Of a stretch of DNA of 64,000 nt, positions 39,008 to 49,922 are shown piece after piece. The notes beneath the pieces are model-generated. The model did no database searches, was not told where the DNA came from, and saw only the letters and a list, made by a program, of their open reading frames with translations. Position numbers and translations under genes: made by a program. The DNA comes from an uncultured Solirubrobacterales bacterium (GTDB lineage: Bacteria > Actinomycetota > Thermoleophilia > Solirubrobacterales > Solirubrobacteraceae), in contig CAVUOP010000009.1 of NCBI GenBank assembly GCA_963743165.1, positions 11,092 through 75,091 on the forward strand, given 5' to 3'. Each line of letters starts with the position of its first letter. The stretch's first letter is position 1.

Positions 39008-39792
39008 ACACAGGCAAGGCGCTGCGCATCCTGTTGCCGGCCGCCGTACTGGGGGTGTTGGTGGGGGGGTGGGAGATCTACGTAGATACAGGCGGCGTGA
39101 GCCAATTCGTGTTGCCTGCTCCGCACTCGGTCGCGGGGGCCCTATGGAACAACAGCGAACTGCTGTGGTCAAACTTCAAGACGACAGCGATCGAGGTGGT
39201 GCTGGGCATCGCGCTGGCGCTCATAAGCGGCTTCAGCGCAGCAGTGGCGATGCACTTCTCAAGCACGCTACGCCGCGCGCTGTACCCCCTGGCGATCGGC
39301 TCGCAGGCGGTGCCCTTCGCGGTGCTGGCGCCGACGCTGGTGTTCTGGTGGGGCTTTGGCATCTTCCCGAAGCTGGTGATCGTGGCGGTGATCTGCTTCT
39401 TCCCGGTGCTGGTGACGACACTGGACGCGCTGTGGTCAGTGGACCCCGATCAGCTGAAGCTGCTGCGCACGCTGGACGCCTCGCGCTGGCAGGCGTTCCG
39501 CCTGGCGGAGGCCCCGGCGGCGCTGCCGGCAGCGATCAGCGGCGCGAAGATCGCGCTGGCGGTGGCGGTGATCGCGGCCTTCATCGCGGAGACGAGCACC
39601 GGAGCGACGGCCGGCTCGGCGACGGGCCTGGGCTGGGAGATCGTGAACGACATCACGGCGCTGCAGACAGCGCGCGAGTACGCGGCGGTGGTGGTGCTGA
39701 TGGTGTTCGCGGTGGCGTGTTTCTATACGCTCGCCCTGGCGGAACGCCGCCTGGCGCCGTGGGCACACCGATCCAGAGGAGAAGTCAGTTGA
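39004..39792 (+). CDS. ABC transporter permease (TauC/SsuC type)
   Basis: LPAP, FFP and PAALP motifs; six TM segments. Confidence 0.88.
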   Translation: MNTGKALRILLPAAVLGVLVGGWEIYVDTGGVSQFVLPAPHSVAGALWNNSELLWSNFKTTAIEVVLGIALALISGFSAAVAMHFSSTLRRALYPLAIGSQAVPFAVLAPTLVFWWGFGIFPKLVIVAVICFFPVLVTTLDALWSVDPDQLKLLRTLDASRWQAFRLAEAPAALPAAISGAKIALAVAVIAAFIAETSTGATAGSATGLGWEIVNDITALQTAREYAAVVVLMVFAVACFYTLALAERRLAPWAHRSRGEVS

Positions 39793-40799
39793 GAATCAAA
39801 CTAGCCGCCGCGCTGGCGCTGGCGACTTGCACACTCGTCGTCTCAGCCTGCGGCCAAAAGCAGGACACGGTCTCGGCAGCCAGCACGAAGCCCTTCACCG
39901 TGATGCTGGACTTCTTCCCCAACGCGGACCACGCGCCGCTGTACGCGGCGATCGCCAACGGCGACTTCCGCGCGGCAGGCCTGGAAGTGAAGCCCCAGAC
40001 CCCGGCGAACCCGGCGCAGCCGCTGCAGCTGCTGGCAGCAGGCAAGGTGGACATGGCGATCTCCTATGAGCCAGAGCTGCTGCTGGCGCGCGACCAGGGC
40101 CTGCGCCTGGTATCGATCGGCGCGCTGATCCAGCGCCCACTAACCTCGATCATCGCACTGCCGGCCAGTCACGTAACCAAGGTGGCGGACCTGAAAGGCA
40201 AGAAGGTGGGCACCGCCGGCATCCCCTACCAGGCCGCCGAGCTGAAGACGGCGCTGCAGGCCGCGGGCGTGGACCCAGCGACGGTGCAGGAAATAAATGT
40301 GGGCTTCAATCTGGTGCCGGCGATGCTGTCAGGCAAGGTGGCGGCAACACTCGGCGGGTTCTGGAACTACGAGGCAATCCAGTTGGAACAGCTGCACAAG
40401 CACCCGACGACGATCCCGGTGGACCAGGCGGGAGTGCCGAAGTACAACGAGCTGGTGCTGGTGGTGCGCGAAGAAGAGGCAAAGAGCCGCGGCCAGGACC
40501 TGCGCGCGTTCCTGCAGGCATTGAGCCGCGGCCAGCGCGAGGTGAAGGCCAACCCGGCGGCGGCGGCAAAGCTCTTACTGGCGGCAAACCCGAGCCTGGA
40601 ACCGAAGCTGCAGCTGACATCGATCGAACGCACGCTGCCAGCAACGGTGCCAGCGAGCGGCAAGCCCTACGGCTGGCAGGAACCGGAACAGTGGGCGGCG
40701 TTCGGGAGCTGGATGCTGGCGCACGGTCTGGTGCGGGCCAACCCAAACACGGGCCTACCGCCGTTCACGAACGAGTTCCTGCCGGGCCAAGGCATCTGA
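39789..40799 (+). CDS. ABC substrate-binding lipoprotein, NMT1/THI5 (ThiY-like)
   Basis: TTG start, lipobox VSAC, LDFFPNADH motif. Confidence 0.82.
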   Translation: MRIKLAAALALATCTLVVSACGQKQDTVSAASTKPFTVMLDFFPNADHAPLYAAIANGDFRAAGLEVKPQTPANPAQPLQLLAAGKVDMAISYEPELLLARDQGLRLVSIGALIQRPLTSIIALPASHVTKVADLKGKKVGTAGIPYQAAELKTALQAAGVDPATVQEINVGFNLVPAMLSGKVAATLGGFWNYEAIQLEQLHKHPTTIPVDQAGVPKYNELVLVVREEEAKSRGQDLRAFLQALSRGQREVKANPAAAAKLLLAANPSLEPKLQLTSIERTLPATVPASGKPYGWQEPEQWAAFGSWMLAHGLVRANPNTGLPPFTNEFLPGQGI

Positions 40800-40846
40800 G
40801 CACCGGCGGAACCAGCCACCGGCCACCAACCACCAACTACCGGCCG

Positions 40847-42145
40847 CTAGCCGTCAAGCATCCGCAGGCCGAGCCGCTCGGCCAAGGTGAGCGCGAGCTC
40901 AAGCCCGAGGCGATCTTCATCGAGCGGATGCCCAAGTACCTCCTCGGCGCGCTGGACGCGATCGCGGACGGTGTTCTTGTGCGTGTGCAGCAGCGTGGCG
41001 GCGCGGGTGGAGTTGCTGCCCTCGCGCAGCCAGACGAGGGCACTCTCGCGCAGACGTTCGGTCTTGGGATCGTCGGCGGCGAGCCCGCCGAGCTTGCGCC
41101 GCATGAAGTCGGCGATCAACTCAGGGTCCTGGCCGAACATGCAGAGCGTGTCGACCTCGTCGAAGCGGATGACTCCGACGGGCGTCTGGGCGAGCTCGGC
41201 CAGGCGCCGGGCACGAAGCGCCTGGCGGTGGCTTGCGCGAAAGCCCTCCAGACCGCTCCCGGCCAGCCCAAGCGCGACCCCCTGCCCCTCCTGCAGATGG
41301 CGAGCCGCGGCATGCGCGAGCAGATCGGCGGGACTTGCATGGCGCTCGGCGGCAAACCAGGCCCAGAGACTCGCGACGCCCGCGGGCACGAGCAGGGCGC
41401 GGGTGGCGCCAAGCGCAAGCGCCATGGCATCGGCAAGCGCCTCCAGCCGACTCATGCCAACCTCACCGGCGACAGGCGCGGCTTCCTCCCAGAGAATCGC
41501 GGCGAGCAGCGGACGGTCGACCTGATAGTCAAGCGCCTCTGTGACCTCCTCAGCCCCAAGCGCCTCGCCGCGCAAGACGCGCCGCACGGCGTCAGCACGC
41601 AACGCCACGGCACGACCGAGCCAGCGCCGGCGCTCCTCCTCCCAGAGGCGGACCTGCTCGTCGATGGCGGCGTCGACGTAGGCGAACATGCGATGCGAGG
41701 AGACCTGGAGCGCATCGATCAGCACGGCGCTCTCGCCGATGAGGCTGGCGGCAAGCCGTTCCATCCACCACGACCAGGCCATGTTCTGCCCGACGCGATA
41801 GGCCTGGATCAGCTCGCTGGTGTCGATACCGCGATGCAGCACGGAGGCGGCAAAACGCAACGCATCAGGCGGCGCGGCAAGTGCCTCCACGGCGCCAGTA
41901 GGCATGACGCTCTCAAAGACGTGCCACAGATTGGCATGAATGGCACGCTCCATTTCGCCTTCAAGCTCGGCGTCCTGACCGAAGGCGGGGAAGTCCTCGA
42001 GCAGGCGGCGACCGAGCGCCTCGCAGAGCGCGTCGAGGCCCTCGAGCGAGAGCAGAGAGACGTCGGCGACGACATCAAGCGCGCGCAAGCGCACCTGCGG
42101 CGTCGGCCGATCGGCACCTGCCTGACCCTGGTAGGCGGTGTCCAC
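40847..42145 (-). CDS. PucR/CdaR-family transcriptional regulator
   Basis: C-terminal AATLLHTHKNTVRDRVQRAEEVLG HTH. Confidence 0.88.
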   Translation of the reverse strand: MDTAYQGQAGADRPTPQVRLRALDVVADVSLLSLEGLDALCEALGRRLLEDFPAFGQDAELEGEMERAIHANLWHVFESVMPTGAVEALAAPPDALRFAASVLHRGIDTSELIQAYRVGQNMAWSWWMERLAASLIGESAVLIDALQVSSHRMFAYVDAAIDEQVRLWEEERRRWLGRAVALRADAVRRVLRGEALGAEEVTEALDYQVDRPLLAAILWEEAAPVAGEVGMSRLEALADAMALALGATRALLVPAGVASLWAWFAAERHASPADLLAHAAARHLQEGQGVALGLAGSGLEGFRASHRQALRARRLAELAQTPVGVIRFDEVDTLCMFGQDPELIADFMRRKLGGLAADDPKTERLRESALVWLREGSNSTRAATLLHTHKNTVRDRVQRAEEVLGHPLDEDRLGLELALTLAERLGLRMLDG

Positions 42146-42277
42146 GGGAATCCGAGGCTACACCCTTTGAGATGATTCCACCACTGCCTATACGTCCAAA
42201 AAGACGATCTCTTACAACCATCCAAACTCCCAGCCCGCACCCCGGCCGCACGCGGGCGGCCTGCCACACTGGCGGCA

Positions 42278-43330
42278 ATGGCCGCAACGACTCGCGTAGG
42301 TGTGCTGACAGGCGGAGGCGACTGCCCCGGCCTGAACGCGGCGATCCGCGCGGTTGTACGTAGCGGCACAGCAGACGCCAAACAGGCTTATGACTTCATC
42401 GGCTTCCGCGACGGCTGGGCAGGCGTGGTGGCAGACGAGACGCAGGAGCTGACGCTCACAAGCACGGCGGGCATCCTGCACCGCGGCGGCACGATCCTCG
42501 GAACCTCGCGCACGAACCCATACGCGCAGGGCAAGGACGGCACGGCAGCAGTCAAGGCCACCCTGGAGCGCCACGACATAGCGGCCCTCGTGGCGATCGG
42601 CGGCGAGGACACGCTAGGCGTGGCGCTGCGCCTACACAACGACGGCATCCCAGTGGTGGGCATCCCCAAGACGATCGACAACGACTTAGGCGGCACCGAC
42701 GCAACCATCGGCTTTGACACGGCGGTGCAGACGGTGACCGACGCAATCGACCGCCTGCACTCAACGGCAGAGTCACACAACCGCGTGATGGTGGTCGAGG
42801 TGATGGGCCGCCACGCAGGCTGGATCGCGGTGCAGGCAGGCATGGCCGGCGGCGCCGACGCGATCCTGGTGCCAGAGCGGCGGTTCGACATCGAAGAGGT
42901 ATGCACGCACCTGCGCCGCCGCCACGAGCGCGGCCGCAGCTTCTCGGTGGTGGTAGTAGCCGAGGGCGCAATCCCAGCACAAGGCACGATGCAGACAATT
43001 CAAGGCGCCAGCAAGGACGCCTTCGGCCACGAGCGCCTAGGCGGCATCGGCGTAACGCTGGAGCGCGAGATCGAGCAGCGCACAGGCTTTGAGACGCGCG
43101 CGACGATCCTCGGGCACATCCAGCGCGGAGGCACCCCCACAGCCGCCGACCGCGTACTGGCCACGCGCCTGGGCGTAGGCGCGATGCAGTCCGTGAGAGC
43201 AGGCCACTTCGGCACGATGCTGGCCATCCACGCCGGCCAGGTGGTCGAGGTCCCCCTGGCGGACGCCCTGCGCGAGCCCAAGCTGCTCGACCCGGCGCTG
43301 TACGAGACGGCGGTGCTGTTCTTTGGCTGA
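42278..43330 (+). CDS. pfkA: 6-phosphofructokinase
   Basis: TGGGDCPGLN, GGEDT, PKTIDND, EVMGRHAG and LGHIQRGG motifs. Confidence 0.95.
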   Translation: MAATTRVGVLTGGGDCPGLNAAIRAVVRSGTADAKQAYDFIGFRDGWAGVVADETQELTLTSTAGILHRGGTILGTSRTNPYAQGKDGTAAVKATLERHDIAALVAIGGEDTLGVALRLHNDGIPVVGIPKTIDNDLGGTDATIGFDTAVQTVTDAIDRLHSTAESHNRVMVVEVMGRHAGWIAVQAGMAGGADAILVPERRFDIEEVCTHLRRRHERGRSFSVVVVAEGAIPAQGTMQTIQGASKDAFGHERLGGIGVTLEREIEQRTGFETRATILGHIQRGGTPTAADRVLATRLGVGAMQSVRAGHFGTMLAIHAGQVVEVPLADALREPKLLDPALYETAVLFFG

Positions 43331-43332
43331 GC

Positions 43333-44331
43333 CTATCCCTCTGTTTGTGCCTTGATGGCTTGCTCGACTTCTTGGCCGCGTGGGGTGAGGGTCCAGACGT
43401 TCGGTTCGCCCTTGCTGTGCCCCTGCCCGGTGTTATGGATCAACCCGAGGCTTTCCAAACGCCGCAAGAGCTTCGAGATCTGCCCCTGATCCTCGACCCC
43501 AGCGGCCTCAGCGATCGCACGATTGGACGCCCCCGGCCGCGAGCCGACCGCGACGAGCACGCGGACGGTGCGGTAGGTGAGACGCATATCAAGACCACGC
43601 AGCGGATCGGAATGCTCACGCCGCTGCGCATGGCGAAGCTCCGGAGCGGGCCGCTCGATCTCCCTGCGCGCCGCCGCAGGACCAAGATACGGCCCAACGA
43701 TCAATCCCATAAGTGGCCCCAACAACTCCGTCAACGGCACAGCATCCCCCCGAGAGAGCCGAGCATGCACCAACGCAAACGCGCCACCAAGCACGCCCTC
43801 GGCGGTCAACGGCGGCGGCGGAGTCCTCGCCAACCCACAACCCAGATCAACCTCCTCCACCAACCGCGCAAGCAACTCCGCCCGATACGCGAGCACCCGC
43901 GGACCACCACCAAGCGCCTCCACCACCAACAAACGCCCCATCTCAGGCTCATCCTCCAAAAACAAGAGCAACGCCGCGATCCCCGCCCGCAAACGCGCCT
44001 GCCACCCCTGCTCCGCCTCATACGCCGGCAGGACCCTGCGCCCAGCCCGATCAACCGCCTCAGCAAACGCCACCGCCAGGCAGTCTTCACGGTCACTGAA
44101 CATTTCATAGAACGTCCTACGCGACACACCCGAGCGCGCCACGACATGCGCGACCGTGGCGTTCGCCGCACCACGCTCCCCCGCGACTTCAGCCATCGCC
44201 GTAATCATCCGCGCACGCTGAATCTCCGAAACCCTCTCCCGACCCACACCACTCGTCTCACCACCACGACCCTTCCCGGGACGCGCGCCCCTACGCGCCC
44301 CGGCACTCCGTTCACGGGAAGACACAGGCAT
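43333..44331 (-). CDS. TetR-family regulator with extra C-terminal winged HTH, cassette 2
   Basis: TVAHVVARSGVSRRTFYEMF; C-terminal PGASNRAIA..QGQISKLLRRLESLGLI..WTLTPRG. Confidence 0.85.
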   Translation of the reverse strand: MPVSSRERSAGARRGARPGKGRGGETSGVGRERVSEIQRARMITAMAEVAGERGAANATVAHVVARSGVSRRTFYEMFSDREDCLAVAFAEAVDRAGRRVLPAYEAEQGWQARLRAGIAALLLFLEDEPEMGRLLVVEALGGGPRVLAYRAELLARLVEEVDLGCGLARTPPPPLTAEGVLGGAFALVHARLSRGDAVPLTELLGPLMGLIVGPYLGPAAARREIERPAPELRHAQRREHSDPLRGLDMRLTYRTVRVLVAVGSRPGASNRAIAEAAGVEDQGQISKLLRRLESLGLIHNTGQGHSKGEPNVWTLTPRGQEVEQAIKAQTEG

Positions 44332-44340
44332 CCCTCCCGC

Positions 44341-47300
44341 CTACTTCCTCTTCTTCGCTTTGCGGTGCTTCTTCGCCTTGCTCTTCTTCCTGTGTGCCCT
44401 CTGGGTATTGGCTTTAGGACAGCCAGTGACGGCGATCTTGGTGTTCTGCTTGACCACGGCCCCGTTCTGCCCGGTGAGCGTCGTCGGCATGACGAGGCTC
44501 GTGCCGCAGAGACTGCCCTTGGCCTTGGCGGGAAGCACAGCCGTGAGCCCGGAGTGCGGACCCTCGGGCAGCTTCAGCTCAAACGAGCTGATCGGCGCGT
44601 CGGGCACGCTTGCGAACGTCGAGCTGGTGATGCCGTGCTTGATGTCGATGCTGCCAACAAGATCAAGCGTGACCCCTTCGCCTTGCAGGATCACCACTAG
44701 GTCAGGGAACGCCGCGCCACCATGAGAAACCAGATAGGCGGGGCCGGTGAGCGGGCCCGCCAACACGGGCGTCAGCGCCGTGACCGCCCCGATATTGGAG
44801 CCCGCGGGACACGACGCCGGGTTCGCGTTGAACGTCGCTTCCGGACAAGCCTGCTGGATCGTCGAGAGCCTCGAAGGCAGCTGCTTTGGCAACGTGACCG
44901 CTACCGAGTGGATGTTCGCCTCTGCCCCCGTGGGATAGCCGACCTTCACATCGAGGCTCGCACCATTCTTCTTGCTCGTGCCCGCCTGCGTGGAGACCGT
45001 GAACTTCGGCTTGAACGCAAGCGCGGCGCAGTTCGCGGCCTGGAAGTGACTCGACACACCTGCGCTCGCGCCCTGGGTGCTCGACAGCGTCCCACCCACC
45101 GTGAGCGGTTCGCAGTCGGTGGGGTTGAACATGAACCCTTCCCGGTCGATCGTGACGTTCACGGTGCGGACCTGCAGCGGGATACCCTGCAGGATCGTGG
45201 GCAGCGGATCGCTCGTCACCGTGATCTGCGCCGTATGCGGATCGACACCGATCGCCGCGCGAACGACGACGTTGCCAAGGTTGAACGACCCCACAGCCGC
45301 CGGGACCACGATCGAGAGCCCGAACGGCGCGCCCTTGTAAGGACCGGTGAGGAACACCTGGCCGCCCACGCCCACAGGGTCCGGTCCGGCGCCCGCCACG
45401 GCCGTCGCATGGCCGATCAGGCTGCCGGCACCACAAGTGCCCTGGGCCGCCTGTGGTTCACCACACTGCTGCACGCTCTTGAGCATGCCCAGCAGCCCCG
45501 GCGGGGTCTTGACCGTCACCCCCGCAAGATCCTGTTCCTGGTCGGAGCGGGAGAACGACACATTGAAGGGACTGAACCCGCCGGCCTGGTTGTTCACCGT
45601 GCCAGCGGTGAAGGCGGGCGCAAACGACTGCGGAGCGCACCCACTGCCGTTGGGCCCCGAGCTGATCTGGAAGGCCGATGTGGGTTCGGCCGCCACCAAT
45701 GTGTTGTAAGGCGTCAGCTGCGAGGTCGTGGTGTAGGTCCCACACCCAACCGGGGTCGCCAGCGGGCCGTGAGCCCCGCCGAAGAAGTGCAGCTTGATGT
45801 CCGACACCGCCTGCTGGGGAATGTTGTCGAACGTCGTCGTGATCTGGCCCGTGGCGGGGTCCAGGTGCACTTCGCCCGCGACCTTCACGAGCACCCCTTC
45901 ACCTTCCAGCGCCAAGTACAGCGCCAGCAGCGACCCGAACGGGTTGTTCCCCTGCTGCGCGACATACACCGACCCCGTCAGCGGCGCCTTGATCGACGGC
46001 GAGACCGCTTCGACGGTGCCCACCTTCGCCGATTCCGGACACGACACCGGGTCGGCATCGCTCAACCCGATCTGCTGCGGCGAGCACGCGCCGAGCCCAT
46101 TGGCACCAGCGGGGTCGATCACCACACCCGTCGGGAGCGAGACGACCGCCTGCTTGAGGTTCCCCTCGGCGAGCCCTTCGGGGGTTTCCAGTTGCGGGAT
46201 GTGCACGTCGGCGCTGAGCCCAGTCGGCGTGCCCCCCGTCTGCGTGTCCGGCGCGACGGTCAGTTCGGGGCTGAACGGCAGCCCTTCGCACCCTTCCAGG
46301 CCAGCGACCGGTTCGCTCGCGAACGGTTCCGTGGCAAGACCCTGCGGATTAGCGCGCGTCGGCCAGGAGCTGATTGCCACGGAGCTCTGCAGCGGCCCCG
46401 TGCACGACGTGGGCAGCGTCAGCAGCGGGTGCGTCCCGGACGCGCCGGGAGCGGGGCACGCTTCTCCGGATTCTCCACCGAGGAAGCTGCAGCCCCAGCC
46501 GCGCGAGGCGTCGTGGCGCTTGTCGCCGGGCACGCCCCACAGCGTCACCCGCGCCACCGACACCACCCCCAGCTCCGAGGCGTTGCTCACCCTGATCGTC
46601 ACGCCGTAATCGCCGCCGGTACGCAGCGAGGCATCCAGCGTGACCGGCACGCCCGCCGCCACGAGTCCGAACCGCACGGGCTCGTTCACTCCAGGGACCA
46701 GGTTGAACACGGGCACCGTGAGCCTGAGCGGAACGGGCCCGAGGCCCGGCACGAAGACCACGACGGCAGCGACCCCGAGCGCCGAGTTCGCCGGGCATTG
46801 ATCGGTGAATCCGCCCTGCGGCTGGAACTGCGCGGCTGTGCACTGCGGCACGGCCAGGGGCGTCCCCATCAGGCCGGCCGGCAGCTGGAAGCCGAGATCC
46901 CGCACCAGCGCGGGCTGCTTGCTCGGGTCGGCCGTCTGGTTCAGAGCGAACGAGCTCGTCAGCTGAAACGGATGTGACCCCGCCCGCGTATCGGACAGTC
47001 CGCCCTCTTCTTCGGCTGTGAGACCGTAGCTTTCCACCCCGAACGGGACCGGCGCGGCGCTGAGCGTCAGCGGCCGCCTGACGGACAGGCCGGGCACACC
47101 GCCGCCGGAAACCGCGACTTCGCTCTCGCCCGACACCGCGCCCGGAGCGGCCTTCACCGAGATCGTGACTTCGATCGCTTCGTAGGAGGGGAGCTGTTCC
47201 CCGGCCCAGGTGCAGCTCACTTCAGCGAGGTCGCAGGTCATCCCACCGTGCAGGCCGAAGAAGCCGGCGCCGCCGGACATCGCCGTCACTTCCAGGCCGG

Positions 47301-47553
47301 CCGGCAGCTTGTCGGTGACCGTCACCGGCGTCACGGAGCCGTTCGCCGGGGCATCTCCGACGTTCTCCACCGCCAGCAAGATCTTGGCTTCCCCGCCCGG
47401 CGGTATATACGTGGGGGTCGCGGTGGACTGCACCGTCCAGCCCGCGCCAGGTACCGCGAGCGCCGGCGTCGCACCGGCCAGCACACCCAGCACCACGGCC
47501 GCCAGCAGCACGCCCAGCGCCCGTCCGAGGCCCGCCTTGTAAGTGCTCCTCAT
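44341..47553 (-). CDS. Large secreted Cys-rich four-repeat protein with extra N-terminal DUF11/Ig-like domain, cassette 2
   Basis: Signal peptide; VENVGD..VTVTDKLPAGL; RAGSHP; four repeats; Lys-rich tail. Confidence 0.85.
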   Translation of the reverse strand: MRSTYKAGLGRALGVLLAAVVLGVLAGATPALAVPGAGWTVQSTATPTYIPPGGEAKILLAVENVGDAPANGSVTPVTVTDKLPAGLEVTAMSGGAGFFGLHGGMTCDLAEVSCTWAGEQLPSYEAIEVTISVKAAPGAVSGESEVAVSGGGVPGLSVRRPLTLSAAPVPFGVESYGLTAEEEGGLSDTRAGSHPFQLTSSFALNQTADPSKQPALVRDLGFQLPAGLMGTPLAVPQCTAAQFQPQGGFTDQCPANSALGVAAVVVFVPGLGPVPLRLTVPVFNLVPGVNEPVRFGLVAAGVPVTLDASLRTGGDYGVTIRVSNASELGVVSVARVTLWGVPGDKRHDASRGWGCSFLGGESGEACPAPGASGTHPLLTLPTSCTGPLQSSVAISSWPTRANPQGLATEPFASEPVAGLEGCEGLPFSPELTVAPDTQTGGTPTGLSADVHIPQLETPEGLAEGNLKQAVVSLPTGVVIDPAGANGLGACSPQQIGLSDADPVSCPESAKVGTVEAVSPSIKAPLTGSVYVAQQGNNPFGSLLALYLALEGEGVLVKVAGEVHLDPATGQITTTFDNIPQQAVSDIKLHFFGGAHGPLATPVGCGTYTTTSQLTPYNTLVAAEPTSAFQISSGPNGSGCAPQSFAPAFTAGTVNNQAGGFSPFNVSFSRSDQEQDLAGVTVKTPPGLLGMLKSVQQCGEPQAAQGTCGAGSLIGHATAVAGAGPDPVGVGGQVFLTGPYKGAPFGLSIVVPAAVGSFNLGNVVVRAAIGVDPHTAQITVTSDPLPTILQGIPLQVRTVNVTIDREGFMFNPTDCEPLTVGGTLSSTQGASAGVSSHFQAANCAALAFKPKFTVSTQAGTSKKNGASLDVKVGYPTGAEANIHSVAVTLPKQLPSRLSTIQQACPEATFNANPASCPAGSNIGAVTALTPVLAGPLTGPAYLVSHGGAAFPDLVVILQGEGVTLDLVGSIDIKHGITSSTFASVPDAPISSFELKLPEGPHSGLTAVLPAKAKGSLCGTSLVMPTTLTGQNGAVVKQNTKIAVTGCPKANTQRAHRKKSKAKKHRKAKKRK

Positions 47554-47567
47554 CCTCACCACCCCTT

Positions 47568-49922
47568 TCAACGCCCGGTCCGGGCGGTGGCCCCAGCGGC
47601 CCTCGATGTCCTTGCGCCGTAAGCCGCGCGCGCCCGCTTCTCACACAGCGCACGCCGCCTGCCGGTCTTCTTGCGACACGCCTTCAGCGCCCGCGCGAGC
47701 TTCTGCGCCCGCGACAGCGCCTTGGGCCTCGGCTTCGCCTTCGGAGCCTGAGCCGACACGCTGGGCGCGACATTGCCGCTGCCCGTAAACGTGGCGCTCC
47801 CCGGCGAGCCGAGCGCACCTGTCGAGGACAGCGCGCCACGGCACGCCTCCGCCGAGCTGCACGGCGGGCTCGACAGAACGGTCCCCGAGGTCGCGCAGGG
47901 CGAGCCGCCCGGGCATTCGCGTGTGTCGTATACATCAAATGTTCCATCCACGTCCTGCGGCACAAGCCCCGCGGACGTCATGAAAAAGGCGTCTCCACCC
48001 GTCGCGCTGGCGTCGAGGAACACCGATTCTTCACCCGAGGTGCCGGAGGAGATCAGCCCGACGCAACCTGCGGCCGCCCCGCTGAAAACGACTGCGGGAC
48101 TGCGCGTGCCGGCCTGGCATCCACCGACGCTCGCGGGCTCGTACTCATACACATCCTCCTTGCCGTTGCCATCGCCTGGGACCAGGGCAACCGGGCTGTT
48201 GAAGAACAACCGGCCACTATCCGACAGAAAGCGGGGCTGGTAAAACATTGCTCCGGCCTGCACGTCGACCCACGCCGGGATGCTCCCGGCAAGCCATCGA
48301 TCGGAAAATGCTTGGTATACGTTGCGATCCACAAGCAGTTTTCCATTATCAAATATGCCGACAGGTCGCTCACCCGTTGGATCGCATGACGCACACACCA
48401 CTCGCCCGGCGGCACCCACAGAGGCGTCATAGAGATACACCTCCTCATCAGGCAGACCTCGCACCGCATCAAGGTTGTTAAACCCGGTTAGGCTCCTGTC
48501 TGACATGAACGCCAGATAGCGACCATTCGGCGAAACGCGGACCGCCAAGTTAGGCCCAATGATACCGATTGCACCGCCCCCCCAGTCCTGGCGATCGTCC
48601 CCGGAGATAACCGCGACAAGCCTTGGTGCTTCCCATCCTCCAGCGCCATGGTGCTCAACATACAGGTTGCATCTTGCTTCGGACGGCTGTTCTTCAAAAT
48701 TATCAGACGGACAATCACCCTGAACGGCATTTGGAGCCAGCGCTCCCTGAGCCACGAAATACACGTACGAACCATCTTCACTCACACCAGAGACTCCCAT
48801 CACGTTCCCGGCTTCACCCACATTTTCATCCACCGACAGGTCCCTCACCACGCCCGAAAGAGGGCCGGCACCAGGAGACACTTCGAACACGTACAGATCA
48901 CCCAGGTCTTCCGGACCGCCGACCCTTTCCTTGGAGGCGGCTGTCAACGCTTGCGCATCGGTGAAGAACACCCGCGATCCATCGCTGCTCGCAGCCTGGA
49001 ATATCGGATGATTTTCACCGCTTCCTGCCCCACTCTGCACGACATCCAGCTGAACGGTTTCGCCCCGCTTCATATCGCGCATGTAAAGATGCCCACCAGA
49101 CAACTTTTCAGACGTCCACATCACACGTGAGCCGTCGCTAGACACAGCGTTTGCCACGCGCCCTTCCCTGCCGAGTTCGCTACTCGTGCTCGCCGCCTGG
49201 CCATCCGGCAGCACACTGACAAGCTGCAGCTGTCCGCCGGCCCACTCATAGAGGTTGGACGCAAGGGTCCCGGTGTTGATCGCATTTGCGGTCAATGCTT
49301 CGTTAGACCAAAACAGAATATGACTGAGATCCGGCGTCGCACCGGAGAAGAAAAGCCCTTCTTCTCCGGCAACCTTTTTGCCCTGCGATACATTCGCGGT
49401 CGTCACCAGCGGCAGATTGCTCCCCGTTTCGCTGTTGCGCAGATACAGTGTCCCTTCCGCGCCGGCTTCAAGCGGCGGCAGCGGCGTTGAGGCCGGCGGA
49501 TGCAGCAGCGCAACCGACAGGTCGGGAGAGAACAGCTCATAGCCCATCCCTGCTATCGCTTCTGAGCCCGGCGTTACCTCGAAGGGTGTTGTGATGTTCT
49601 GCGAGGACCACCCATCGGACCCGCGCCGTGAGAAAAATTGCGAGTAGACCAGATAGCCGGCAGGATTGGCGGTGCCCGGCCCGCCCACCGTGTACGTGAT
49701 CGCGCTGCCGTCTTCAGAGGCCTGCACCAGTCTCGGTTCGTCCGGTGCCTGGACGCCCGCCCCATGCTTGTCCACTGGGGACACCAGTTCCCATTCGCGG
49801 CCGTCGATCGACGCCGACGAGCCACCGGCGGCCGGTGCGGTCGCGCACCAGAGCGACAGCCCGCCCAGCGCGACGCACAGCCATGAAACGGCCCCCAACT
49901 TGAGCCCACGCATACGCATCAT
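47568..49922 (-). CDS. Secreted beta-propeller-like protein, cassette 2
   Basis: DGREWELVSP; SxDG repeats; C-terminal QKLARALKAC..C..YG motif. Confidence 0.82.
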   Translation of the reverse strand: MMRMRGLKLGAVSWLCVALGGLSLWCATAPAAGGSSASIDGREWELVSPVDKHGAGVQAPDEPRLVQASEDGSAITYTVGGPGTANPAGYLVYSQFFSRRGSDGWSSQNITTPFEVTPGSEAIAGMGYELFSPDLSVALLHPPASTPLPPLEAGAEGTLYLRNSETGSNLPLVTTANVSQGKKVAGEEGLFFSGATPDLSHILFWSNEALTANAINTGTLASNLYEWAGGQLQLVSVLPDGQAASTSSELGREGRVANAVSSDGSRVMWTSEKLSGGHLYMRDMKRGETVQLDVVQSGAGSGENHPIFQAASSDGSRVFFTDAQALTAASKERVGGPEDLGDLYVFEVSPGAGPLSGVVRDLSVDENVGEAGNVMGVSGVSEDGSYVYFVAQGALAPNAVQGDCPSDNFEEQPSEARCNLYVEHHGAGGWEAPRLVAVISGDDRQDWGGGAIGIIGPNLAVRVSPNGRYLAFMSDRSLTGFNNLDAVRGLPDEEVYLYDASVGAAGRVVCASCDPTGERPVGIFDNGKLLVDRNVYQAFSDRWLAGSIPAWVDVQAGAMFYQPRFLSDSGRLFFNSPVALVPGDGNGKEDVYEYEPASVGGCQAGTRSPAVVFSGAAAGCVGLISSGTSGEESVFLDASATGGDAFFMTSAGLVPQDVDGTFDVYDTRECPGGSPCATSGTVLSSPPCSSAEACRGALSSTGALGSPGSATFTGSGNVAPSVSAQAPKAKPRPKALSRAQKLARALKACRKKTGRRRALCEKRARAAYGARTSRAAGATARTGR

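Noticed and set aside
12000-43300. A-over-T excess at silent sites on the plus strand
   Set aside because: Consistent with ordinary replication-strand mutational bias; not quantified.
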